A stretch of 32,000 nucleotides of DNA from an uncultured Erysipelotrichaceae bacterium (GTDB taxonomy: Bacteria > Bacillota_I > Bacilli_A > Erysipelotrichales > Erysipelotrichaceae), in NCBI GenBank assembly GCA_942493105.1, contig OW818668.1, forward strand, positions 1-32,000, in the 5' to 3' direction. The stretch's first letter is position 1. Each line of letters begins with the position of its first letter. The position numbers and the translations under genes were made by a program. Shown here piece by piece: positions 8,005 to 16,115 of this stretch. The notes under the pieces were generated by a model. The model was not told where the DNA came from and did not search any database. It saw nothing but the letters and a program-made list of their open reading frames with translations.

Positions 8005-8357
8005 GGTTTCTCCTTTTTCGCTGTAATAATCCATTGTGGTAAGGCTGCTGCCAAGGTTGAAAAACCTATGGTATCGCCTTGTTTTTCACGACTTGGTTTA
8101 GGTCTTGATTTACGTGGGGTATCATGAATGGCCTTATAAGAAAGTCTCAATTGATGCGTTTTATCATCGATATCGAGTACCTTCACTTTGACAATGTCCT
8201 TTACCTTGACGAAAAGACTGATGTCTTTGACATAGCCATCAGAGATTTCAGAAATGTGGATAAGACCTGTTGTTTCCGAATCCAGTTGCACAAAAACTCC
8301 GTATGCCTGAAGTCCGGTTACCACGCCTTCTACGATTTGTCCTACACTGTATTTCAT
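8001..8357 (-). CDS. S1 RNA-binding domain protein (YabR/CvfD-like)
   Basis: 118 aa. Contains an S1 fold sequence: VGQIVEGVVTGLQAYGVFVQLDSETTGLIHISEISDGYVKDI. The C-terminal tail is basic. Confidence 0.8.
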   Translation of the reverse strand: MKYSVGQIVEGVVTGLQAYGVFVQLDSETTGLIHISEISDGYVKDISLFVKVKDIVKVKVLDIDDKTHQLRLSYKAIHDTPRKSRPKPSREKQGDTIGFSTLAAALPQWIITAKKEKP

Positions 8358-8372
8358 AACACTTTTACCGTA

Positions 8373-8413
8373 GTCATTATATCACACAGACTTACTGCTT
8401 GTGATATAATGAC
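8373..8413. promoter_or_regulatory. 14-bp perfect inverted repeat carrying two back-to-back extended -10 promoters
   Basis: GTCATTATATCACA (8373..8386), 13 nt, TGTGATATAATGAC (8400..8413). Each arm reads TGTGATATAAT toward the gene it faces: the S1 gene on the minus strand, the PAP2-like gene on the plus strand. Confidence 0.5.
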
Positions 8414-8428
8414 AAGCGAGGAAAGACA

Positions 8429-8884
8429 ATGCTAGGAAATATGTATCCGTTTTGGGCAGCCATTACCGCCAACATCTTGACTCAGGCTTTAAAACCCCTG
8501 GTCGTCTATAAAAATACCAAAGTTTGGGACTCAAAGCTTTTAATTGAAAGCGGAGGTTTTCCGTCTTCACACACAAGCACAGTCGTTGCTTTGGCTTTAG
8601 CTGTTGGTCTACAAGAACGCTTTTCGTCCACAAATTTTGCGGTCGCCGCTTTATTTGCGCTGATCGTTATGTATGATGCAGCGAATGTGCGTTACTATGC
8701 CGGACAAAATATTCAGATCACCCAACAATTGATCCGTGATATTCAGATCTTAACCGATGCGAAACTGGATGATCCCATTTATATGACCCGCGTCAAAGAA
8801 GTATTGGGCCATAAATGGTTTGAAGTCATCGGTGGTATCGGTGTAGGATTATTGGTTGCCTCACTGATGTATTTCTTGAGATAA
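8429..8884 (+). CDS. divergent PAP2 family membrane protein (YuiD-like, acid phosphatase/haloperoxidase-related)
   Basis: 151-aa polytopic protein with GGFPSSHTS and MYDAANVR motifs typical of this family. SD GAGGA. Confidence 0.8.
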   Translation: MLGNMYPFWAAITANILTQALKPLVVYKNTKVWDSKLLIESGGFPSSHTSTVVALALAVGLQERFSSTNFAVAALFALIVMYDAANVRYYAGQNIQITQQLIRDIQILTDAKLDDPIYMTRVKEVLGHKWFEVIGGIGVGLLVASLMYFLR

Positions 8885-8888
8885 AACT

Positions 8889-9119
8889 ATGAACATCGAA
8901 ACACAAGTTAAAGAAGTAATAGATAAAATCAGACCGTACCTGCAAAGAGACGGCGGAGATGTGGCCTTTGATCACATAGATGATGAAGGCAGAGTTTTCG
9001 TTAGGGTCTTTGGAGCCTGTGTCGGTTGCGGTGCCATCGACTACACGATCAAAGAAGGCGTTGAAGCCTTATTGATCGATGAAGTCCCAGGAGTCACTGA
9101 AGTCATCGTAATAGATTAA
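8889..9119 (+). CDS. NifU-like (Nfu C-terminal domain) Fe-S cluster protein
   Basis: 76 aa. Contains IRPYLQRDGGDV...GACVGCG (CxxC), typical of Nfu/YutI-type proteins. Confidence 0.85.
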   Translation: MNIETQVKEVIDKIRPYLQRDGGDVAFDHIDDEGRVFVRVFGACVGCGAIDYTIKEGVEALLIDEVPGVTEVIVID

Positions 9120-9148
9120 AAAGTAGAAACAAATGTTTCTACTTTTTT
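9118..9148. terminator. bidirectional terminator between the nfu-like gene and the SDR gene
   Basis: AGTAGAAAC-aaat-GTTTCTACT (9122..9143), flanked by AAAA and TTTTT. Confidence 0.65.
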
Positions 9149-9872
9149 ATTGTTGGCCGCCTGAGATCAAGATATTTTGACCATTTATAAAATTGGTCTC
9201 ATCGCTCAGTAAGAAGCAAATCATGGGAATGATGTCTTCAATACCCGCATTGCGTTTCATTGGATTGCTTTCTGCACTCATTTCAATGGTGATTGGCGGG
9301 ATTTTTTGCAAAAACTGCGTTTCAACCATAGATGGTGATACCGCATTGATGTTGATTTGATGCGAGGCATACTCAGAAGCCAATGCTTTCATTAGACCTA
9401 ATAAGGCATATTTAGAAGTCACATAGTCACTCATAAATGATGGGGTTTGACCTGAAGTGACTGAACTTAAAACAAAGACCATTTTACCGCTTTTTGCTTT
9501 AACCATCGCGGGTAAAACTGCTTTTGAAACCTCAAAGGCAGACTTTACACTGACCTTCCAAAGTTTATCAAAGCTTGTCCAATCCATCTTCTTGAAAGAC
9601 ATTAAATCTAGCTGTATTGAAGGCAAATGAACCACATGGGTTATATTGGGATGTTGGGCTAATTCCTTGATAAATAATGAAGTGCTTTGATTATCAGAAA
9701 AATCAGCTTGTATCAAAGTCATTGGTGTTTTGATGGTTTTTTGTAACTCCAACAAAGCTTCATTGTGGCGATGATAATGACAGATCAACTCATCAAATTG
9801 ACCATCTAACTTCACGATCAAAGCCCTGCCCATTTCTGAGGATGCACCTAAAATTAGACATTTACGATTCAT
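9147..9872 (-). CDS. short-chain dehydrogenase/reductase (3-oxoacyl-reductase-like)
   Basis: 241 aa. N-terminal GASSEMG nucleotide-binding loop and YVTSK (YxxxK) catalytic motif. ATGA overlap with the upstream MaoC gene. Confidence 0.85.
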   Translation of the reverse strand: MNRKCLILGASSEMGRALIVKLDGQFDELICHYHRHNEALLELQKTIKTPMTLIQADFSDNQSTSLFIKELAQHPNITHVVHLPSIQLDLMSFKKMDWTSFDKLWKVSVKSAFEVSKAVLPAMVKAKSGKMVFVLSSVTSGQTPSFMSDYVTSKYALLGLMKALASEYASHQININAVSPSMVETQFLQKIPPITIEMSAESNPMKRNAGIEDIIPMICFLLSDETNFINGQNILISGGQQ

Positions 9873-10285
9873 TTTAAAACTCCAATCTGCATCTGTGCTT
9901 TACAGACAACGGTACCGTGTTGATTCTTAATGTTGGCTTTTAGTTCTATGAATGAAAAGGTATCATTTTTATCGACGATCTCTCCAGTGATGATCAGTTC
10001 ATCGCCTTCATAAACAGGTTTCATAAATTTGATATCCACTGTATGGATCAATGCATACAAGCCAGGCAGATAAACACCAGCTAATGTAGAGAAATAAGAG
10101 GCAGTCAACATCCCATATGCTACCCTTGATGGATATCCTTGAGCTTGGGCAAATTCATTGTCATTATGTAGTGGATTCGTATCATGGCTGTGCGCTAAAA
10201 ACGCATCAAAATCAGCAGGTGTGACCAATGTTGAGAATTGAGCTTTTTGTCCAAGCTTTAACTCTGATAAGGTGAAATTGTTCAT
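9869..10285 (-). CDS. MaoC-like (R)-specific enoyl hydratase/dehydratase, hot-dog fold
   Basis: 138 aa. Contains DTNPLHND...AQGYPSRVAYGML, typical of MaoC dehydratase domains. Confidence 0.85.
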   Translation of the reverse strand: MNNFTLSELKLGQKAQFSTLVTPADFDAFLAHSHDTNPLHNDNEFAQAQGYPSRVAYGMLTASYFSTLAGVYLPGLYALIHTVDIKFMKPVYEGDELIITGEIVDKNDTFSFIELKANIKNQHGTVVCKAQMQIGVLK

Positions 10286-10291
10286 ACACCC

Positions 10292-10300
10292 ATTTTAACA
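10292..10300 (-). promoter_or_regulatory. extended -10 element placed 6 nt from the MaoC ATG (leaderless-type promoter)
   Basis: Minus strand reads TGtTAAAAT-gggtgt-ATG. There is no SD in the spacer. Confidence 0.4.
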
Positions 10301-10314
10301 CACCACTAAAATAA

Positions 10315-10340
10315 AAAAGTGAACCTTTCGATTCACTTTT
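10315..10340 (-). terminator. rho-independent terminator after the zinc-ribbon gene
   Basis: AAAAGTGAA-8 nt-TTCACTTTT. On the minus strand it is followed by TTTATTTT. Confidence 0.55.
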
Positions 10341-10346
10341 CGATTC

Positions 10347-10679
10347 TTACCACTTTGCTTTGGAGATATGTCCGGCGATTTCAGCTTTAGCCAATTGTTT
10401 CAAAAGACGACTATAAGTTTTGGTTCTTACGAAAATCTTGACGCAAGAAGGATCCAAATTATCACTGATTCCCGCATCAGCCAACTTATTCAGTTTTTCA
10501 CAGAGATTGATCAATTGGGTATGCAAATCATTTGTGAATTCACTACGAACATGTTTCTCAGCCGTTTCAGGATCAAGTTCATGGAACTTCTCTCTTGGGG
10601 CATTACATTTTGGACAATTGTCTTCGAGTTGTCCTTCTTCTAAGATTAATCCACACACTTCACACCGATAAAATTTCAT
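10347..10679 (-). CDS. rubredoxin-type zinc-ribbon protein with a helical C-terminal domain
   Basis: Start moved to MKFYRCEVCG (ATG at 10679, SD AAGGAG). Has a CxxC...CxxC knuckle pair (CEVC, CPKC). The remaining ~80 residues are helical-looking and I do not recognise them. Confidence 0.65.
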   Translation of the reverse strand: MKFYRCEVCGLILEEGQLEDNCPKCNAPREKFHELDPETAEKHVRSEFTNDLHTQLINLCEKLNKLADAGISDNLDPSCVKIFVRTKTYSRLLKQLAKAEIAGHISKAKW

Positions 10680-10704
10680 AGTTTGTTTCTCCTTAGTTAC
10701 CAAG

Positions 10705-10716
10705 ATTATATCACAC
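10705..10716 (-). promoter_or_regulatory. extended -10 promoter of the zinc-ribbon gene
   Basis: Minus strand GTGTGATATAAT, about 25 nt upstream of the ATG. The same GTGATATAAT word occurs at four other intergenic sites. Confidence 0.5.
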
Positions 10717-10911
10717 TGAATTTTTTGTAAAATTCTAATTTATTTATAAATTGTCCGATTTATTAAATTATTTTTACAGAAATGTCGATATTTTTTTAAT
10801 ATATTCACAAATATCAAAAATTATTTAATCTTTTTATAATATTTTTCATCTTTTACTTTGCTTTTTAAATTTTTGATGTAAAATAACTCTATATTTAAAG
10901 GAGCACCCCCT

Positions 10912-12987
10912 ATGAGTCAACACCCATTCAAAGATTTCGCCATTCATTTGTTCAGCGATTCCGTCATCAAGGAACGCTGTCCTGAGGCCATTTACCTCAA
11001 TTGGAAGACCGCTATTGCTAAAGAAAGTCCTCTTGATCGATCCACAGCCGACAGTATTGCTCAAGCCATGAAAGATTGGGCCATCAGTTTAGGTGCGACC
11101 CATTATTCTCATTGGTTTCAACCATTGACTGGAAACACAGCTGAAAAACACGATAGTTTCTTAGATTCTGATTCTAAAGGAAGAGCCATTACCGTATTTT
11201 CTGGAAAAGCCTTGATCAAAGGTGAAACCGATGGTTCAAGTTTCCCTTCTGGCGGTTTACGCGCTACTTTTGAAGCCCGAGGTTATACCTATTGGGACAT
11301 TACATCACCTGCATTTATACGCGATCATGTTTTATGTATCCCAAGTATCTTTGTTTCTTATAATGGTGAACCTTTAGATCAAAAAGCCCCTTTATTAAAA
11401 GCACTGGATGCGCTCAGCAAAGAAGCAACGCGCATTACCCAATACTTAGGCGATAAGAGTGTCAAGCATGTCAGAATGATGGTTGGTGCTGAACAAGAAT
11501 ACTTCTTAGTTGATAAAGCCTTGTATGAAAAACGCAAAGACTTATTGTTGGCCGGAAGAACCTTGGTTGGTGCTTCTGCCCCTAAAGGCCAAGAACTCGA
11601 AGACCATTACTTTGGTTCGATCTCACATCGCGTCAAAGGTTTCATGGATGAAGTTAATCATGAGCTATGGAAAGTAGGTGTGTATGCGAAAGTTGAACAC
11701 AATGAAGTAGCTCCTGCTCAATTTGAACTTTGCCCTGTCTTCAAAGAAGCCAATATCGCTGTCGATCAAAATCAGATCATGATGGACGTCTTAAAAAAGA
11801 CAGCCAAGAAACATGGGATGGAGTGTTTACTTCATGAGAAACCTTTTAAAGGCATCAATGGTTCTGGTAAACACAACAACTGGTCCTTAATTACCGATGA
11901 TGGACAAAACTTATTGGAACCGGGAGACAAACCGCATGAGAACGTACGTTTTCTGTTGGTTGTTGCCATGATCCTAAAAGCCATCGATACGTATCCTGAA
12001 TTATTGCGTTTATCCGCATCGGGCCCTGGAAATGATCACAGATTGGGAGCCAATGAAGCCCCTCCAGCCATCATTTCTGTATTCTTAGGTGACTTGATTG
12101 AAGATATCTTTATGCGTATGATTGAAAATACGCCTCTTAAGGCAACTCAAGAAACCGTTAAATTCGGATTCATCAAAAACTTGGCTTATTTACCAAAAGA
12201 TTATACTGATCGTAATCGTACTTCCCCATTTGCCTTTACCGGAAATAAATTTGAATTCAGAATGATTGGTTCATCCTTGTCTATCGCAACACCAATCACC
12301 GTCATCGCAACGATCGTTTCCGAAACCATGAAAGAAGTTGCCGATCGTTTAGAACCTTTTAAATATATCCAAGATGCTCGTGAAGAAGCCCTTAAAATCG
12401 TTTCTGAGATCGTCAAGAAACACAAGCGAGTCTTATTTAATGGGGATGGATATTCAGATTCTTGGGTCAAAGAAGCTGCCAAACGCGGATTGCCTAATAT
12501 ACCTTCTTTTGTTGAATCGATTTCGAGCTTAACTGATGAGAAAGCTTTGAGACTTTTTGAAAAGACAGGAACTTATACCCGTCATGAGGTTGCAGCCCGA
12601 AGTGAGATCCTCTATGAACTTTACATCAAAACCATCCAAGTTGAAACAAAGACCTTCATCGATATGGTCTCTCGTCAAATCTTGGTCGCAGGTGAAAATG
12701 AAATCATTCGCTTATTGCCCTTAAATGATCTTGCGCATGTCAAAACTAAAATTGATCGACTAAGTACTTTAACGGTTGATCTCAATGCTGGACTAAATGG
12801 ACTAAGAGATCAATTGACGCTAAGTGTCGGACATCATGATCATAAGTCTCAAGGATTATCTCTTAGTCACGATCTGGTTCCTTTACTTGAAAAAACCAGG
12901 GCTTTGGCTGATGAAATGGAAAGCTTGATTCCGATTGAGACTTACCCTATTCCTTGTTATTCCGATTTATTATTCCAGCTTGACTAA
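10912..12987 (+). CDS. glnN: glutamine synthetase, type III
   Basis: 691 aa. Length and sequence are typical of GSIII (N-terminal FGxxVF-like region, THYSHWFQPLTG, EQEYFLVD, NGSGKHNNWS, ANEAPPAIIS). SD AAAGGAG. Confidence 0.9.
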   Translation: MSQHPFKDFAIHLFSDSVIKERCPEAIYLNWKTAIAKESPLDRSTADSIAQAMKDWAISLGATHYSHWFQPLTGNTAEKHDSFLDSDSKGRAITVFSGKALIKGETDGSSFPSGGLRATFEARGYTYWDITSPAFIRDHVLCIPSIFVSYNGEPLDQKAPLLKALDALSKEATRITQYLGDKSVKHVRMMVGAEQEYFLVDKALYEKRKDLLLAGRTLVGASAPKGQELEDHYFGSISHRVKGFMDEVNHELWKVGVYAKVEHNEVAPAQFELCPVFKEANIAVDQNQIMMDVLKKTAKKHGMECLLHEKPFKGINGSGKHNNWSLITDDGQNLLEPGDKPHENVRFLLVVAMILKAIDTYPELLRLSASGPGNDHRLGANEAPPAIISVFLGDLIEDIFMRMIENTPLKATQETVKFGFIKNLAYLPKDYTDRNRTSPFAFTGNKFEFRMIGSSLSIATPITVIATIVSETMKEVADRLEPFKYIQDAREEALKIVSEIVKKHKRVLFNGDGYSDSWVKEAAKRGLPNIPSFVESISSLTDEKALRLFEKTGTYTRHEVAARSEILYELYIKTIQVETKTFIDMVSRQILVAGENEIIRLLPLNDLAHVKTKIDRLSTLTVDLNAGLNGLRDQLTLSVGHHDHKSQGLSLSHDLVPLLEKTRALADEMESLIPIETYPIPCYSDLLFQLD

Positions 12988-12990
12988 AGA

Positions 12991-13017
12991 AAAAGGTGAT
13001 TGATTCAATCACCTTTT
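12991..13017. terminator. bidirectional terminator shared by convergent glnN and nadE
   Basis: Near-perfect palindrome AAAAGGTGATTGA-t-TCAATCACCTTTT with T-runs on both strands. The nadE TGA stop lies inside the stem. Confidence 0.65.
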
Positions 13018-14883
13018 ATTTGGTTCTAGAGTTCTGATCTCGTCTAATAATTCTAGGATTTCTGTACTTTCCAGATATGGCAATTGACTTTCTCGATAAT
13101 CAAAGCCAAAGGATCCACGATTGACCGTTACGATCGGAGGAAACTGAATACGTTTGAAGATGCCTTTTTGCCAAGCCTTCATAAACCATACAAAGTCTTC
13201 TGCGAAGGCTCTGGGGTGATCTAATCCATAGGCAAGCATCGTTTCATAGACAGGTGTTTTCTTCCATGAACCATCTTTATATGCCTTTAGCCATGCGATT
13301 GGATGATGGGATGGGTATTCTATTAGATATTGAACCAGCCAATCATGATAACCCCATTTCATTGGATCGATCTGATTGGGTTTAAGTTCAGCCGAAGGAA
13401 TCAATCCAAAGATATATTTACCTTTCTTAAGCTCACCGATCAAAGAAGGATCGATCAATTCATCATTGTAGATTTTATTGATGCTGGTACATAACTCAAA
13501 GATCTGGACTTTAGTCAGGTCTCCTAAAGTACTTAAGGCACCAATCGTATCTCCATATAAAGTTGCATACCCTAGAGCCAATTCTACTTTATTTCCGTTA
13601 TTGCAGACCACTCCGCCTTTATAGGCAGCGAAACTGCTTAGTAAATGACCTCTTAATCGAGCTTGGATATTTTCATAAGGTAAGCCTTCTTCTAGTGGAT
13701 CAATCTGATAACTCGTTAAAGTTTCATTGGTTGCCTTGGTTAATGATTCGAAACTGCCTTCATGATATTCAATACCTAATTTTATGGCCAATTCTTGTGC
13801 GATATCGATGGTTTTATCTGAGTTGAATCGACTGGACATGTTATAACCGATTACACGTTTGTTACCCAATGCTTTAACTAAAAGCACCGCATTCAAAGAA
13901 CTGTCGATACCTCCAGACATGCCAATGATCCAAGGCATTTTACCACCTAAGATCTGTTTATCAAATTCCTTGATGGCAACGATGAGTCCTTTTAGGAGTT
14001 TATTTTCAGGTTTCTTAGCTTGGATCTTATCTGTAAGTTTGAAAACCAGCAATTCTTGTTCAAATGTATCATTGGCTTCAATTTGAATTTCACCTGATGC
14101 ATCATATAAAGTACTGTCCCCATCAAACAGTAAGACATTCTTTCCTGTATTCTGCATTCCGCAAGCATTCACATACAATAATTTGACCATCTTATCATCG
14201 AGATTGATTTGATGTTCACGTACTCTTTTGATACGCGATAATTCCTTGTTTAAGGTCCAAGGTGATGAAGAAATATTGATGATGAGATCGACATTGAGTT
14301 TAGCATAAATCGCTGTAGGATCAATCGGATAGTCTTTGCTCCATAGATCTTCACAGACTTCTACACCAATCTTCAATGATTTATTTTCACGTTTGAATAT
14401 AAAGGGAGAAATAAGTCCGTCTTTGGATAGATTCATTTCTAAACTTAGATCTAGGCCGCTCTTAAAATATCGTGAATCATCAAAGAATCGATAATCCGGC
14501 AAGCAATGCTTAAGATAAATACCAGCCATTAATTGATTTTCGTGTTCGACCCACTGTTGATCATAGGCAAAGTAAGCCGCATTGAAACGGTTGGCTCGTC
14601 CATCACGATTGCCCTTAGCTCCTTCGATTTGATAGATATTGCCCCAAATGATCCCAATATCATTAGACCACGACTTGATGATGTCATTGGCACTTATTAG
14701 GGACGCTATCGTTTCTTTTTGATGATAACGATCTGAAATCAAATAACCACCCACGCACATTTCAGGAAATACAATAAGATCGGTGCCTTGTTGTTTGGCC
14801 TCATCGATCATCATTTTCATCTGGACAAGATTATTATCGATGTCACCTGCTTTGACATTAAGTTGAGCAATGGCGATTCTCAT
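13009..14883 (-). CDS. nadE: glutamine-dependent NAD+ synthetase (CN-hydrolase domain + NAD synthetase domain)
   Basis: Start moved to MRIAIAQLN (ATG at 14883, forming ATGA with the GNAT stop). N-terminal nitrilase-like domain (FPEM, ...CEDLW). C-terminal PP-loop GMSGGIDSS. Confidence 0.9.
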   Translation of the reverse strand: MRIAIAQLNVKAGDIDNNLVQMKMMIDEAKQQGTDLIVFPEMCVGGYLISDRYHQKETIASLISANDIIKSWSNDIGIIWGNIYQIEGAKGNRDGRANRFNAAYFAYDQQWVEHENQLMAGIYLKHCLPDYRFFDDSRYFKSGLDLSLEMNLSKDGLISPFIFKRENKSLKIGVEVCEDLWSKDYPIDPTAIYAKLNVDLIINISSSPWTLNKELSRIKRVREHQINLDDKMVKLLYVNACGMQNTGKNVLLFDGDSTLYDASGEIQIEANDTFEQELLVFKLTDKIQAKKPENKLLKGLIVAIKEFDKQILGGKMPWIIGMSGGIDSSLNAVLLVKALGNKRVIGYNMSSRFNSDKTIDIAQELAIKLGIEYHEGSFESLTKATNETLTSYQIDPLEEGLPYENIQARLRGHLLSSFAAYKGGVVCNNGNKVELALGYATLYGDTIGALSTLGDLTKVQIFELCTSINKIYNDELIDPSLIGELKKGKYIFGLIPSAELKPNQIDPMKWGYHDWLVQYLIEYPSHHPIAWLKAYKDGSWKKTPVYETMLAYGLDHPRAFAEDFVWFMKAWQKGIFKRIQFPPIVTVNRGSFGFDYRESQLPYLESTEILELLDEIRTLEPNKR

Positions 14884-15677
14884 GGTTTTAGACTCCCTAA
14901 ACACCAATAATCAAAGGTTTTATATCCGCAATCCAGGTAAATCTTTCCTGCTTTAGGATTATCATAAAATAAACATGGCGTTTGACCTTTTAATAAAACA
15001 TATTTCGTAATGGCGATCACAACAGCACGACCATACCCTTTTTGACGATAATCAGGCAAAGTAAACACTGCACCAACCATTGCGCCTGAACTGGTTTCGA
15101 CACTGGTAGATGCATGGGCAACAACTTTATTGTCTTCCTTAATGATGAAGCCATGGATCTTATGGGACGCAATACGTTCACGCATGTTTTTGATTCGTTC
15201 TTCTTTGGTTTGATGAGCTAATGAACTTCTGAACTCTTCAATCTGACTGATGGATTCTACGACTGCTGAACAATCTTCAATTGTCACTTCTTGAACATCT
15301 ATACTTTCATCTTGCTGTGTTAATTGTTTACACTCACAGAAATACATGGTTCTAAAGATATATTTATCTTTTAAATATTGAGGCATCATGTCTATGTCTT
15401 TTTGACAAGCTGAAATCATTTTGATGCGATCATCTAAGATGGCTTCAAATCCAGCGTGATCTAAACAAGCATGTTTCATATAGAATACAAAATTCGCATG
15501 GTACCTTAAAAAGAGACCTTGTATCTTTCCTTCCACTTCATCGACCCATGTGTCTTGATAGGACGTATGTAAACCATTTTGGGCAATGTCTCCATCTATA
15601 AACAACAAACGGCTGCTGTCTAAAGCACAGAGGTCTTGGATGGCTTTTAAATCATTGGTTTGAGCTTTTCTGATCAT
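14880..15677 (-). CDS. GNAT family N-acetyltransferase (two-domain)
   Basis: 265 aa. C-terminal acetyl-CoA motif YRQKGYGRAVV. Translationally coupled to nadE. Confidence 0.8.
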   Translation of the reverse strand: MIRKAQTNDLKAIQDLCALDSSRLLFIDGDIAQNGLHTSYQDTWVDEVEGKIQGLFLRYHANFVFYMKHACLDHAGFEAILDDRIKMISACQKDIDMMPQYLKDKYIFRTMYFCECKQLTQQDESIDVQEVTIEDCSAVVESISQIEEFRSSLAHQTKEERIKNMRERIASHKIHGFIIKEDNKVVAHASTSVETSSGAMVGAVFTLPDYRQKGYGRAVVIAITKYVLLKGQTPCLFYDNPKAGKIYLDCGYKTFDYWCLGSLKP

Positions 15678-15683
15678 ACACTC

Positions 15684-15713
15684 ATTATAGAGTTATAGGT
15701 ATGGTCTTGTCTA
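15684..15713 (-). promoter_or_regulatory. promoter of GNAT-nadE, leaderless type
   Basis: Minus strand TAGACA-18 nt-TATAAT-gagtgt-ATG: -10 at 15689..15684, ATG at 15677. No SD. Confidence 0.45.
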
Positions 15714-15714
15714 A

Positions 15715-15739
15715 TAAAAAAGATGCCTTAGGCATCTTT
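15715..15739 (-). terminator. rho-independent terminator of the DUF2089 operon
   Basis: AAAGATGCC-tta-GGCATCTTT (15719..15739), followed on the minus strand by a T-run. Overlaps the stop codon of the 125-aa gene. Confidence 0.6.
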
Positions 15740-16115
15740 AGTCGATGATGATTCTTACTTTTTCGCCATCTTTACCATCAATGGTGATCAATTCACCATT
15801 AAGGTCATCATCGATCTGCGATAAGATCTGATTTAAGTCAATTCCATTGAGATCGATCGACTTCCCTCCGACATTCAGTTTATTGTTGATGTCAAGGCCT
15901 AGTTTAACTAGACTCATCGGTAGATTGACTCTGACACGTTCACCGTCTTCAGAATCCACCAAGATCCGAATCATGCGTTCATTCACAGGTTTCTTAGGTA
16001 AATTCGGTTTCTGTGGTGCACCGTTAGGTTCAAGTGCATTGAGTAATTGGATGCCTTGTTCAACAGTGATCGTTCCATCTTTAACCATTTCTAATATTTT
16101 TTCTTTGCTGTTCAT
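15738..16115 (-). CDS. SHOCT-like / YvlB-LiaX N-terminal-like domain protein
   Basis: 125 aa. N-terminal KEKILEMVKDGTITVEQGIQLLNAL, then a Pro/Lys linker and a beta-rich domain (IRILVDSEDGERVRVNLPMSLVKLGL ... GEKVRIIID). Confidence 0.7.
   Translation of the reverse strand: MNSKEKILEMVKDGTITVEQGIQLLNALEPNGAPQKPNLPKKPVNERMIRILVDSEDGERVRVNLPMSLVKLGLDINNKLNVGGKSIDLNGIDLNQILSQIDDDLNGELITIDGKDGEKVRIIID

Noticed and set aside
10704-10911. GlnR/TnrA box (TGTNA-N7-TNACA) upstream of glnN
   Set aside because: I checked every TGT in the region by eye (TGTAAAATTCTAATTTA, TGTCCGATTTATTAAAT, TGTCGATATTTTTTTAA, TGTAAAATAACTCTATA). None has the TNACA right half.
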